A DNA stretch of 63,238 nt, the filler included, from Choristocarpus tenellus KU-1152 (taxonomy: Eukaryota; Protista; Phaeophyceae): assembly GCA_964200185.2 (NCBI GenBank). It is 13 parts of 13 records of this genome, joined end to end, with 100 filler letters (N's around TTAATTAATTAA, not from the genome) between each part and the next. Parts side by side here need not be neighbours in the genome. Positions count along the whole stretch, not along the records: positions 18,846 to 32,924 come from CAXNAD020001280.1; positions 33,025 to 36,727 come from CAXNAD020018421.1; positions 36,828 to 40,454 come from CAXNAD020018877.1; 10 more parts are not named here. The stretch is one strand, 5' to 3'. The position numbers and the translations under genes are program-made. The notes beneath the pieces are model-generated. The model ran no database searches and was not told the DNA's origin. It saw nothing but the letters and a program-made list of their open reading frames with translations. Shown here one piece after another: positions 26,295-37,391 of the stretch. The first letter of the stretch is position 1. Every line of letters begins with the position of its first letter.

Positions 26295-29200
26295 TCTTTT
26301 CAAGAGTTTCTTCACCCCCCTGCATAGGAAATAAGTCAGTGAACAAACAGCCCCACCGCTCACAACAATGCACTGAAATATCACTACCAACTCCCCCTTC
26401 AAAACACCAAACCCCCCCTCACCCAAATTCCATAGATAGTTACTCTGCCTCAACTCAGGCATACTACCTGAGACATAAAACACCTCTTGGGAGAAGAGCT
26501 TAGTGTCTTAGTGTCAACGTCGTTTGACTTATTTTTTATTTTTATTAGAAAAGAAATGCCTTCCAACTTCATGGACTATCACTATACACTATGGATGGAA
26601 GCACACACTATGGACACATATACAATGGAAACATACACTATGGAAACATACACTATGGAGACATACACTATGGAAACATAAACTGTGGGGGTTGAATCTA
26701 TTGACAAAAGAGTACACAATAACCCCCAAAAATTGTCGTAGGTCCATTGTTCCCACACTGGTAAAATGAAGGGTCCTAACCCTAACCCTAACCCTAAAAC
26801 AACAAAAATTGTCCTAGGTTCATTGTTCCCACACCAGTAAAATCAAGGGCATCATACTGCAGAAACACCAGAGAGCAAGAAATGTGGCATTGATCGAATT
26901 TCGATCCTTGACATTAAAAATATATATATTTTTATTGACAGCAAAAACAACAACAATAAAAATGACTTTTTTTTTTGTCCCTGGATGAAAAATAGAACCA
27001 TATATTTTTCCAACTATTTCAGAAAAAAAATGTTTGCCAAAATAGGTTCGACAAAGTTGAACAGCATGTGTAACTTATTTTATTTTATTGCCAATAAATA
27101 ATTAAAAAATAACCTCCCCGACCGCTGCGCCCATCTTTCATTTCCACCGTTGTTCTGTTTGGGGTTAGGGTTAGGGTTAGGGTTAGGGTTAGGGTTAGGG
27201 TTGCAATTTAATAATACTTCTATAGATGCACTCACTACACTACAAACTTTCTCAAGTCCTCAAGAGTCGGAGATCAATATTCACCCCCACCCCCGCTGGT
27301 AGTTGGTTTGACCTTCAAAATAACAGCAACTCCTACCCTTGGAGGAGAAGAAGGAGGAGGAGGAGGAGGAATCCGTTCTGGTAGAGGATTCAATTGGTAT
27401 TTTCCATCATCTAGAACACTTCAGTAACCCTAAACCCAACCCTAACCCTTAGATAACCCCAACCCTAACCCTGCCATTGATACCAATTCTAAAAAAACCT
27501 GTTCACACAAACATGCCCCGCATGCACCTGACTTGTGCCCTTGTACCTGTACCCCTTTGCACTTAGCCCCTTCTTGCTTGCAGGCGTGTCCACCACAAAG
27601 AAAATTCCACGCAAGAACAAGAACGGTCTCGAATCGCGACCCTGAGCACTCCTCCCCCCCCCCCCTCCCCCCCTCCCACCATGCAAACCCTCACTCCTGT
27701 GGCCATTTCTACACCTCGTGTGACTGTAGTCATCGCCACTATTGACACCTGTAACACATGTTAAGAAACACCATGTAGGAGATACCATAGGAGACACTAT
27801 AGGAGACATCACAGGAGACACTGTAGAAGACACAATAGGCGACATTATAGGAGACGTTATTGGAGACATTATATAAGGCACTATAGGAGACACTATAGAA
27901 GACATCACAGGAGACACTACAGGGGACATTATAGGAGATGTTTTGGGAGACATAGAAGTTTTTGGAGACTTTATAGGAGACACTATAGAAGACATTACAG
28001 GAGACATTACAGGAGACATTATAGGAGACACTATAATATATGACAGGATTAATAGGGCTAGGGTAGTGATATGGTATTAGGGTTAGGGTTAAGGCCAAAC
28101 TCCATCCATCCCAGTGACTCAAGAAGCAAAAGAAAAGTATTATAATTCAGTATTATAATCAAGTGTAAGTTCTTGTTTGATATCAGCAGCACTCTTACTA
28201 TGAACAAGAAGAAAAACGTTTGTGGTATATGTTGAATTGATGGTATATGTCTTGTGGTATATGTTGAATTGATGGTACATGTCTTGTGGTATATGTCTTA
28301 TGGTATATATCTCATGGTATATGTTGAATAGATGGTATTGTTTGGGTAAATTAATAGGGATATACCTCTCTCCCGACAGCCAGTACTCCAAGACGGTAAC
28401 GAGCAAGAAATTTCTGGATCTGTCAAGAAACTTCTGAATTAGTCAGCAGTAGACGGTCTGCCCCTAAAAAATGCTTCGATTCAAAATGCTGACCTCATTC
28501 AAACCAGTGTTTTTCTCACATATTATTATTTTTTTGTGTCAGTACTAGTCAGTACTAGTCAGTACTAGTCAGTACTAACCCTAACCCTAACCCTAGGTAC
28601 TATTTACTCTATTTACTCCAACAATACACTGTATACAACGCCAACTCTATTTACTCCTCAATCTCCACACACCTCCGTAAGTGAGAGAGCTTGCAAGCAA
28701 CGAATGCCTCCGCCCGATTGGCTCAACACTAAAGGACGAGCTCACCCCATTGGTCTGCTAAAAAAAAACTTGCATTTTTTGTTTCTTAGTTCCATCTGTA
28801 CCATGTACTCACTCCACCTCTCAGCTTCAACACGACTCACCTCCTGAACCGGCTCCATCTCCAACCCGTTGTTGCTGCTGGGATTCATCTCGGCCCTGGG
28901 ACGCCACAGAGCCAGGAGGAGCCAATCTAGGAAGCAGCTCAACGATTCTATCGGTGAGACATGGAGGCAAAGTCTCTTTTTTTTTAAAGCCGTCCCAAGT
29001 CCAGACGATATATATAAATATAAATATAAATATATATATTTATTTACATTTATATTTATTTATTTTTGTTGTTGGTTTACATGTTTGTGTCACATGTAAC
29101 ATGTATACCGGAATCCCACAGACAAGGGTTTTCCAGGTACAGGGCGAGGCGATGCATGTCCATGAGGAAAGGGTAGTAGGGGAGGAGAGGGTTGGCGTGG

Positions 29201-30440
29201 AGGTCAGTAAACAAAAGAAGAGATGACACCGGCTGGGGGAGGGTGTGGTGTGCTGTGCTGTGGTGGGGGGGAGTATGGGGATGATGGAAAAGGAGGAGAG
29301 AGAGAGAAGATGAGAGATTTTTGGTTGATTATTTTATTGTTCCAGGACGTTTTCATCAGAAGACAACTAGATAATTTGTTCTACACAATGTGACTGGAGA
29401 AAGAAAAAACTTTGAAGCAAGCTGAATTCATCCATTTCAAAAACAAAATACGTGTGAGAAGGGATTGCACAACCCTAACCCTTACCACTAAAATAGAACC
29501 GAACCCCCCCCCCCCCGTCACTTCACACTAACCCTAACCCTATATTCTTTTATTATTGTAGTCATAACCTACATCAAACACTAACCCTAACCCTATATTT
29601 TTATTATTGTAGTCATAATCTACATTGAACACTAACACTAACCCTATATTCTTATAATTTTAGTCATACCCTACATCAAACACTAACCCTAATCCTATAT
29701 TTTTATTATTCTTCTAGTCATACTCTACATCAAACACTAACCCTAACCCCATATTCTTTTATTATTGTAGTCATACCCTACACTGAAACAAAAAATAATA
29801 TATATATTTATATATTTTTAAATCGCTTCTTAAAAAAAAAAAAAACTTAAAAAAAACTGGTCCCTACCGGAGAGAATCCAAAAGTCATAAACAGAAAAAA
29901 AGTAAAAAAATAGAAAAAGAATGAAAAAAAATTCTCCCCCATCAGGCACAAACCCAACGCTTCTAGAATAACTAGTTGAGTCTCCCTTCAACCTGGTCAA
30001 AACAGATACACACCCAAATCGTACGCCATCCATATCCTTCAAATGCAAATGAATCGAGCTTGTCCTCTCCACCATTTTCTCACAAAAAACAACACTTCAG
30101 ATGAGGAAAAAAAATACTGAATCCACCCTCCCTCCCCCCCTCCTCTCTCACCGATTACGTCCTGAAGAGTGTTTGTCCCCAACACCTCGACCTCAGATGT
30201 CTTCAACTTCCTGCCTGACCTCTTCCTCTCCACACTCAGTTTCACCACCATCCGCAGGCGTTGAGGGTGCTCTAGATGACGCATCTGCTCGTGTCTATCC
30301 CCCTCCGCCGCTGTTCCCCCCCCTCCCCCCCCCCCTTCTCTCTGCTGTTCCCCTCCTTCAGTTGCCGATATATTGGTATCTGAGGTGTCTAATGCTGTCC
30401 AACTGGCATCCCCAGCTGACCTTCTGTCTCCTTCGGCCTG
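22757..30440 (-). CDS. Large multi-exon uncharacterised, probably nuclear, protein (AT-hook, low-complexity; weak SNAPC3/SNAP50-like motifs)
   Basis: Phase-compatible exon chains 27748-27528 > 26200-25959 > 24822-24421 (KRGRPR AT-hook) and ~29232-29109 > ~28947-28841; further exons ~30440-30153 (EVEVLGTNTLQD) and 22819-22757 (GKDTLCLFCHD). Family assignment is speculative. Confidence 0.55.
24090..24290 (+). repeat. ~55-bp A-rich tandem repeat x4
   Basis: aaaaaactgaaaaaaagac..aatcc(a/g)cttcaaat(g/c)cac. Confidence 0.85.
25555..25797 (+). repeat. 9-bp-based minisatellite
   Basis: Mixed units (a/t)agtatcaa, tagtaccaa, ttatatcga. Confidence 0.92.
26050..26165 (-). repeat. 18-bp coding repeat (ASN[G/D]A[N/T]) inside an exon
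   Basis: ORF 25895..26215 reads DATASNGANASNDANASNGATASNGANASNDANASND. Confidence 0.85.
26590..26680 (+). repeat. 15-bp minisatellite
   Basis: tggaaacatacacta x5. Confidence 0.85.
27163..27202 (+). repeat. Interstitial telomere-type (TTAGGG)n
   Basis: About 6 perfect units; many shorter runs elsewhere in the window. Confidence 0.9.
27778..28035 (+). repeat. 12-bp minisatellite
   Basis: ggagaca(c/t)tata / gaagacatcaca variants, about 21 units. Confidence 0.92.
28220..28338 (+). repeat. Short degenerate tandem repeat
   Basis: tggtatatgttgaattga / tggtatatgtcttg units. Confidence 0.8.
28540..28577 (+). repeat. 10-bp tandem repeat followed by (CCCTAA)n
   Basis: cagtactagt x3-4. Confidence 0.85.
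29526..29785 (+). repeat. ~52-bp tandem repeat x5 containing CCCTAA units
   Basis: cactaaccctaaccctatatt…ttattattgtagtcata.cctaca..aaa. Confidence 0.9.
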
Positions 30441-30537
30441 GAACTAGATTAGGAAGGCGTATGTGTAAGGGTTAGGGTTAGCGATGTCTATCTCAGGCTG
30501 AAGGGAAACAGTTGTGACAAAAAAGAACCCCCAGGTC

Positions 30538-30833
30538 GGCTCAAAGTATCTTGGGTGGGGGGGGGAGGGGGTCTACACCAGGGTGTCCATTTCGGTCAAA
30601 ACCAGGAACAGTGCACTTTCATTATCTATCCGACGTATGCAACCAAAATCACCCAAAAATCGTGACATGGAAAAATGGGCCCCAAATGGACAGCCACCCC
30701 GCACTCTCCCAACCCCCACCCCACACCCCTCACCTAGCCCCAAATTTACCTTCNNNNNNNNNNTCGTAACATGGAAAAATGGGCCCCAAATGGACACCCC
30801 CCCCCCCCCCCCCCACCCCAGATACTTAGAGCC
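30538..30833 (+). mobile_element. MITE family B copy (spans a 10-N gap)
   Basis: GGCTCAAAGTATCT-polyG…ccccaaatggac…polyC-AGATACTTAGAGCC; matches 40596-40775. Confidence 0.8.
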
Positions 30834-31239
30834 ATTGTTCCACTGGAAGGATCACAGTTCAACACACTCTTTAACTTTCCGACACGACTACGACATACAA
30901 TTTTTAACTTTTCTGTGCATTTTTGTGCACGCACGTGTCACTCCCAATCTCAAAAACAATATAAAATAAAAAGATCCACTCTAATAATCAGGGTTAATAC
31001 AATTCTATTTTTTTATTCATCGACAAAATATTGGAGGGGTTTCAGCATCTTGGAGGCGGAAGCACGCTTTTTAAAACGAAAAAGTCGCAGCAGATATCAG
31101 AAAATATAAAAAAAATGTCAAGGCAATATATATATATATATATATATTTTTAAGAGATGAGGGTTTTACAATAGAGTTGGCGTGACGGTTACCCACTCTC
31201 GGTTGAGCATCATAACAAACAAACAAAAAACTATAGTTT

Positions 31240-32030
31240 TGTATGTTTTGTATGTTTTGTATGTATTGTATGTATCGAAACGAAAGACTTGATGTATTGT
31301 ATGTATTGAATTATTGCATGTATTAAATGTATTGTATGTATTGAATTATTGCATGTACTAAATGTATTGATTTATTGCATGTATTAAATGTATTGTATGT
31401 ATTGAATTATTGCATGTATTGTATGTATTGATTTATTGCATGTATTAAATGTATTGAATTATTGCATGTACTAAATGTATTGCATGTATTAAATGTATTG
31501 TATGTATTGATTTATTGCATGTATTAAATGTATTGTATGTATTGAATTATTGCATGTATTAAATGTATTGTATGTATTGAATTATTGCATGTACTAAATG
31601 TATTGTATGTATTGAATTATTGTATGTATTAAATGTATTGTATGTATTAAATGTATTGTATGTATTGATTTATTGTATGTATTAAATTATTGCATGTATG
31701 AAATGTATTGTATGTATTGAATTATTGCATGTATTAAATGTATTGTATGTATTGAATTATTGCATGTACTAAATGTATTGTATGTATTGATTTATTGCAT
31801 GTATTAAATGTATTGTATGTATTGAATTATTGCATGTATTAAATGTATTGTATGTATTGAATTATTGCATGTACTAAATGTAGTGTATGTATTGATTTAT
31901 CGAATTATTGTGTATTGTATGTATTGTATTATTTATGTATTGAATCATTGTAGGTATTGATTTATCAAATTACTGTGTGTATTGTATGTACTGTATGCAT
32001 TTTATGTACTGTATGTATTTTATGTATAAT
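31240..32030 (+). repeat. AT-rich minisatellite (~35-bp higher-order unit built from tgtatt)
   Basis: tgtattgtatgtattgaattattgcatgtattaaa repeated with variants. Confidence 0.95.
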
Positions 32031-32826
32031 GCCAGAGAAACATAAAAAAACAAGATAGTGGGAGAGAGATCACTTGATTGCAACTCTTCAGTAAGGCTGG
32101 CAGGGTAGATTAACTGGACTTGAGGATCGAATCTTACTGAGATTTTGAGGTTAGGGTTTAACCAATTGTCCCTAACCCTACCTGAGTATCTTTTTTATTA
32201 AAAAGGTTGAAAAAAATCGCACAATTTGGTAAAGTTAGGGCTACATAATCGTCTTCATTAGGGTTAGGGTTTGGGTTAAGGTTAGGATAGGGCTAGGGTT
32301 AGGGCTCCGTAGGGGTAGGTAAAGAAGACTGTCATTAATTCCTTTGGCCCTTTGGTATCAATGGAGGAAAACTTTCCGATGGCCCACAGAGATAATTGCT
32401 ATTATTATTATTATTATCATTATTATTGTTATTATTATTACTATGATCATTTGTTATTACTGTTATTATTATTATTATTGTTATTATACGACAAGAGCGA
32501 GATGGTGAGAAATGGGAGAGGTTGAAACGAAGAACTCTTCTCTGTCTGATTGGTCAGTCCATCTAATTGGTCGGTCCTTTGCTGTCATCGCCAAATAGTT
32601 GACTCAATTGGTCATTCTTTCAACCACGAGGATGAAGGACTGACCAACGAGAGGGGGCTCCTTTCATATGAAGGACCTCTCTCAGAATTTACCACATCAT
32701 CGTTGAATGATCTACATCATTCCCACAAGTCTGCTCCCCTTCCCCCCCTCCCCCCCTGCCCCCATGAGTACTGGATCTTACATATGTCTCTCCGAAGGCG
32801 TTCATCACTAGAGGGTCAAACTATCT

Positions 32827-32862
<36 letters not shown>

Positions 32863-32924
32863 GTTTAGAGAAAAAAAACTTTTTTTTTTTTTTTAAAATA
32901 AAAAAATCCAAACGTGAAAAAAAA

Positions 32925-33024
32925 NNNNNNNNNNNNNNNNNNNNNNNNNNNNNNNNNNNNNNNNNNNNTTAATTAATTAANNNNNNNNNNNNNNNNNNNN
33001 NNNNNNNNNNNNNNNNNNNNNNNN
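32925..33024. other. Artificial contig linker
   Basis: 44N-TTAATTAATTAA-44N. Confidence 0.98.
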
Positions 33025-33327
33025 CCCCCCCCCAGATACTTCGAGTCAATAACCCTCACACCGCATTTGGACTTTTGTGTCAGATCAAACACGGACAAGG
33101 AGTGGATAAAAACAAAACTCCACTCAAGATCATGTGCATTATGCTGTGTTGTTACCACTTAGATATCAGGTGTTCAAGTTGTGTGCGGGTATGGGTCAGG
33201 TTAGGCCTGTGAACTGGAGGGACCCTTGTTTCATAGTAATTTCAATTAAATGTCTTTTTATAGAGCATTTTTTTATGCCAACAATATGTGGGAGTTGGCA
33301 ATGGCATAGTGGTTCCGACTTCCTGGT

Positions 33328-33585
33328 GAGCCAAAGTATCTTAGAGGGTAGGGACGCGTCCATTTGGGGGTCAATACCCAATGTTGAGATTTTGATGTCA
33401 TTTTTGCTATCGTGTTTGCTAGGAAGTGTCAATATCCTTGTTTTGGACACACCTTCCATAACGTACACATTTTACCTACTCCGAAACATCTTGGAGTAGG
33501 AAAACGACATTAAAAAGCACGTGGGAAGACAAGCCCCAAATGGACAAACAGGGCAATACTCGTACCCTCTAAGGTACTTTCACTC
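33328..33585 (+). mobile_element. MITE family A (Sola-like), full length 258 bp, TSD TGGT
   Basis: TIRs GAGCCAAAGTATCTTAGAGGGTA / TACCCTCTAAGGTACTTTCACTC; TGGT at 33324-33327 and 33586-33589. Confidence 0.9.
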
Positions 33586-33834
33586 TGGTGCAATGGAGTA
33601 ACCAGGTCGATACATGAGGTCAAAAGGACGAAGTCACCCCAACAGAGTAGAAAGGCACATAAGCACGGAAAAGAGATCAAAGTTGATGATCACAAGAAAT
33701 AAACTCTCGGGCAAGCAAAAAACCGCTCAGTTCTTCTCCGAGTCGCTCGACAAAGACGACCCAAACATGAACTACAAGGGTCCTTCAAATAGAGGACCTG
33801 TTTACACGTATGCTTAAAATTATCTACGCCCCAC

Positions 33835-35703
33835 CTATGCCAACCAAACACCAGGCTCCACCCTCCAAAAGTACAGTGACAATGATGTTGAAATCCAAAA
33901 TGCTTGCCTTTGGTCTAGCTCATGCCTTGCCTCCACCAGAAATTTCTCAAGAGTTTTAGAATCCTTTGCAGCCTTGCTCTCTCGATCAGACATCTTATTG
34001 CATTGTTTTTTTGCCTCCGCCACCAGCACATCAATATCCCACCTAATGACAATACGAGCAGCACACTTTGGTGGGGTTTTGATGGCCTTCGTGACTTGGG
34101 GGGGCATTTGTGATGCATTAGATATATCTCTATGTTAAGATCAATCACAACTTATCAACTCAGTGCTTTTGGCCATTCACTGTAATTAAAAACTCCCTGT
34201 TAAAATCCGCTTGAATACTTACTTTTGCAAGGTTCACACCAACCCTACTGCTGACAAGCAATAGAAGGCATTGTTCTGACAGGTTATATGCACAACAGGT
34301 CTAAAGACAAAGGTAGAAATCTGTCACAACATAATTCGATAGGGACGATGTCAAAATGTAACTGGCATCACTACTCGAACTAGGGATGGGTAAAAATGCA
34401 ATGGATTAACACACCTCCCACTCCCCTCTGGAACCAGCTTGCGAACGGCCTCCTCAGCAACTGCCCTTGAAAGGAGTGTGTTTGCCGCAGCAGAGAGACT
34501 CTTCCCCTCCGCCTCCATCCTTCCAAGCAACAAGATCTCGCTCTGCAGAGATAGGCGAGTAGCCTTAGAAATGTCTGACTGCTCTTGCTGATTTTGGCAG
34601 AAGGTCGCCTTGTCAGATTCCAGAGATTCCAGGTTGGTCAGAAGCTGCTTGATGCCACTGCTCAAAAACAATTCGGAATATGCTGTAGGTGATGAGTTCA
34701 AGGTATTGCCGAAACCCTAACCCTAGCTCTAGTTCTAACTCTAGCTCTAGCCCTAGCCCCAACCCCAACCCTAATTTCTATGTGCAAGGCCAACACTTGA
34801 ACCTTGAAGAATCTGAGAAGGTACTAGCCTGTTCCTTGTACACAGGTGACTGTACCTGTTCTTGGCACTTACTAACAAGATGCCGCCCTCCTTATTGCTT
34901 TCATCTAGCCCAAAAGCTCACTGTGCATCAAGAAATAAATATAATTATGTGTATAATATTGTTATATCCCCAAGAGTGTTGCTAGCTCATAGCCCACGCC
35001 TCTATTGACAAATGGTGAGTGGATGTTGCTTAGGGTTAGGGCTAGTGTGAAGCTGCTAAAAGTTCTACTCCAAGTCTAAGTAAACGGGAGGTAAAAGGGT
35101 TGCATTTTACGGGTACTGACAAATACTTGAAAAGTAAGATTTTTTTTTTCAAAAGCTAATAGGAGATATTTTCTGAATTCTGACCAAAAGTCTCAAAACA
35201 TTAGAGAAATCAACACTCTCAAGTCAAACTTTGCCCTTCATCCATAGAAATATGGATGAATTACAATATGTTAAAAAAAGATTAGGTTAGCTAACCCTAA
35301 CCCTAACCCTAACATGCAATACGTTCAAAACTTGGGTACCTCTGGTTCACTTTCCCTCTCCAGAGTATGTAAATAAAGTAAAACCAGGTACTCGAGCCTA
35401 TGCAGCATTGGAAAAGGTGCGGAGCATCCGGTCACCAGGATCCCTGACCTCGACTCCCTGTTCACTCACTACACGTCCCTATCCGCTCTCTCTCTCACCA
35501 CTCCACCTTTCGGAGCCGTTCTTGGACCCTCTCCAGCTCACTGCGCCGAGCAATCAGTTGCTGCTCTCCCTCATCCTTCTGCTCCCGTTGCAGGTCAATG
35601 CCAAGCCGAAACCTGCACTCTCCTGCATTCTCCTGCCACTCGACAGTCAGAGACATCGATGCCGCAAATAGTGCCTCTGCCTCTGAGAGGCCGGCTCTGA
35701 GAT
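33835..35703 (-). CDS. Multi-exon uncharacterised helical/coiled-coil protein (exons ~35703-35499, 34657-34415, 34042-~33910)
   Basis: Heptad-like frames (LRAGLSEAEALF…EQQLIARRSELERVQERLRK; GIKQLLTNLESLESDK…; WDIDVLVAEAKKQCNKMSDRESKAAKDSKTLEKFLVEARHEL) with phase-compatible AG/GT borders. Confidence 0.55.
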
Positions 35704-36057
35704 CTGCGATCGATTTTTTCCAAGAGCAAGGCAAGGTAAGTAGTGACAAATCGTCTCGGTAGCTGCATCGTAAGGTGAGGTGAGCACTAAAAAGAGGCTA
35801 GGATCGGATTGCTGCATCTCATCATGCAGCAGCAACCTTTCATTTTTTTTGTTTGTCAGTCCCACCGGAAATAAAATAAAAACCAGCCCGCAAAGAAACC
35901 CTGTTTAATCTGCGCAGTACGGCCTATGAGTTTCGCTTGTTCGGGAGGGAGAGTCGAGAAGTGAGGTCCAGATTGTAAGGGCAGTAAGGGCAAGTGAAGA
36001 AGTGAAAAGAAGAGGCATACTGCACAGTGATAGTCTCCAGGCGCATGGCATGCGGGC

Positions 36058-36097
36058 TAGGGGTTAGGGTTAGGGTTAGGGTTAGGGTTAGGGTTAG
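36058..36097 (+). repeat. Interstitial (TTAGGG)n
   Basis: About 6 units. Confidence 0.9.
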
Positions 36098-36514
36098 CTC
36101 AACACTGTGGCATTTAAGGCCACCTAGCAATCAACCTCGCACCAAACACCCGGCGGCAACAATGTGGACGTAACTGTCAACACTTGACCTTGTCGTTTTG
36201 TCTCCTACGGATTGCACCCACACCCTTGACTTCAAGGCATCATCTCAACCCTCCTTTAGCAATCATGGTGAAGATGGGTACGGACATTCCTGTTTGCAAG
36301 GGTCAATGATAGCACGTTCCTCCAAAGGTGCAAAGACTTGTTAACTTCCCTCGCCTCATGAAACTGTAGATGAAACTGTAGAACTGTTGGTGGGTATGAA
36401 TCTCCAAAATGTAACTACTCTGCGTCAGAATAATCTCTTAAGAATTTTGTACCTATGCTCCAACAAATCTTGCATTTGTGGACTCATCTGGAAGAGAGAG
36501 GCCTTCTAGGTTCT

Positions 36515-36703
36515 GACTTAAAAGGATCTTTGGGGGGGGGGGGGTGCCGGCTGTTCATTTGGGGCGAATTTTTTCATATCGCGATTTTTAGATGATTTGG
36601 TTGCATACGTCGGATGGATAATGTAAGTGCAATTTTCCTGCTTATGGGCCAAATGGACACCCTGGTGTAGAACCCCTCCCCCCCCCCTCAGATACTTTGG
36701 GTC
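36515..36703 (-). mobile_element. MITE family B, full length ~189 bp, TSD TTCT
   Basis: Reverse copy of 40596-40775; TTCT at 36511-36514 and 36704-36707. Confidence 0.85.
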
Positions 36704-36727
36704 TTCTCTACAAAGCTATAAACACTC

Positions 36728-36827
36728 NNNNNNNNNNNNNNNNNNNNNNNNNNNNNNNNNNNNNNNNNNNNTTAATTAATTAANNNNNNNNNNNNNNNNN
36801 NNNNNNNNNNNNNNNNNNNNNNNNNNN
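36728..36827. other. Artificial contig linker
   Basis: 44N-TTAATTAATTAA-44N. Confidence 0.98.
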
Positions 36828-36879
36828 AAATTGGGTGATTTGGAGTGCCCTCCAAATCCCCCTTCCCTCACTCTTCCTG

Positions 36880-37018
36880 TTTGTTGACTCTTTTCCTGAG
36901 CTAACTTCTAAGGGATTGATCTCCCTCTTTGGCCTTGTCTCTCTTTGATCTGTCCTCCTGTGAGTCTTTCCGCTCCCCTTCATTACGAAGAACCTGTCGG
37001 CCGTTTCCATCCGTTTCA
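36880..37018 (+). repeat. Dispersed pyrimidine-rich repeat (also at 54058-54130 and 54185-54320)
   Basis: agggattg.tctccctctt…cctcctgtgagtctt…cattacgaa.aacctgt.ggc…catc.gtttca shared. Confidence 0.8.
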
Positions 37019-37391
37019 AAAATACAGAATAATAATAAAATACAGTTGGGAAATTCTGACGGTTTTGTACGGTTTTCTAATTTCTCCACCGTTAGCAAAG
37101 GTACGTACGGTACAGATTTCTGATGGTGAGGTTGGGGGTGTTGGTTTATTGTCCACGATTTTTCCAACCATATCTGTAAATTCCAACCCCTTCAATTTTT
37201 TTTGTTAATCCCACAACAATATTTGACGCGAACAGGTATACCTCCAAATACCCTTTGTGTCTACTTCTATGGGTGGGTAGGTTTTTGGTTTTGGTTCTCA
37301 CAAGGACAAACAAGAAGGGAAATAGGTATCTGGTGTAGGAGAGTTGTAGAGGACCCTAGAGCTAGCATCTGCTCACAGAGTCTCATTTGCA

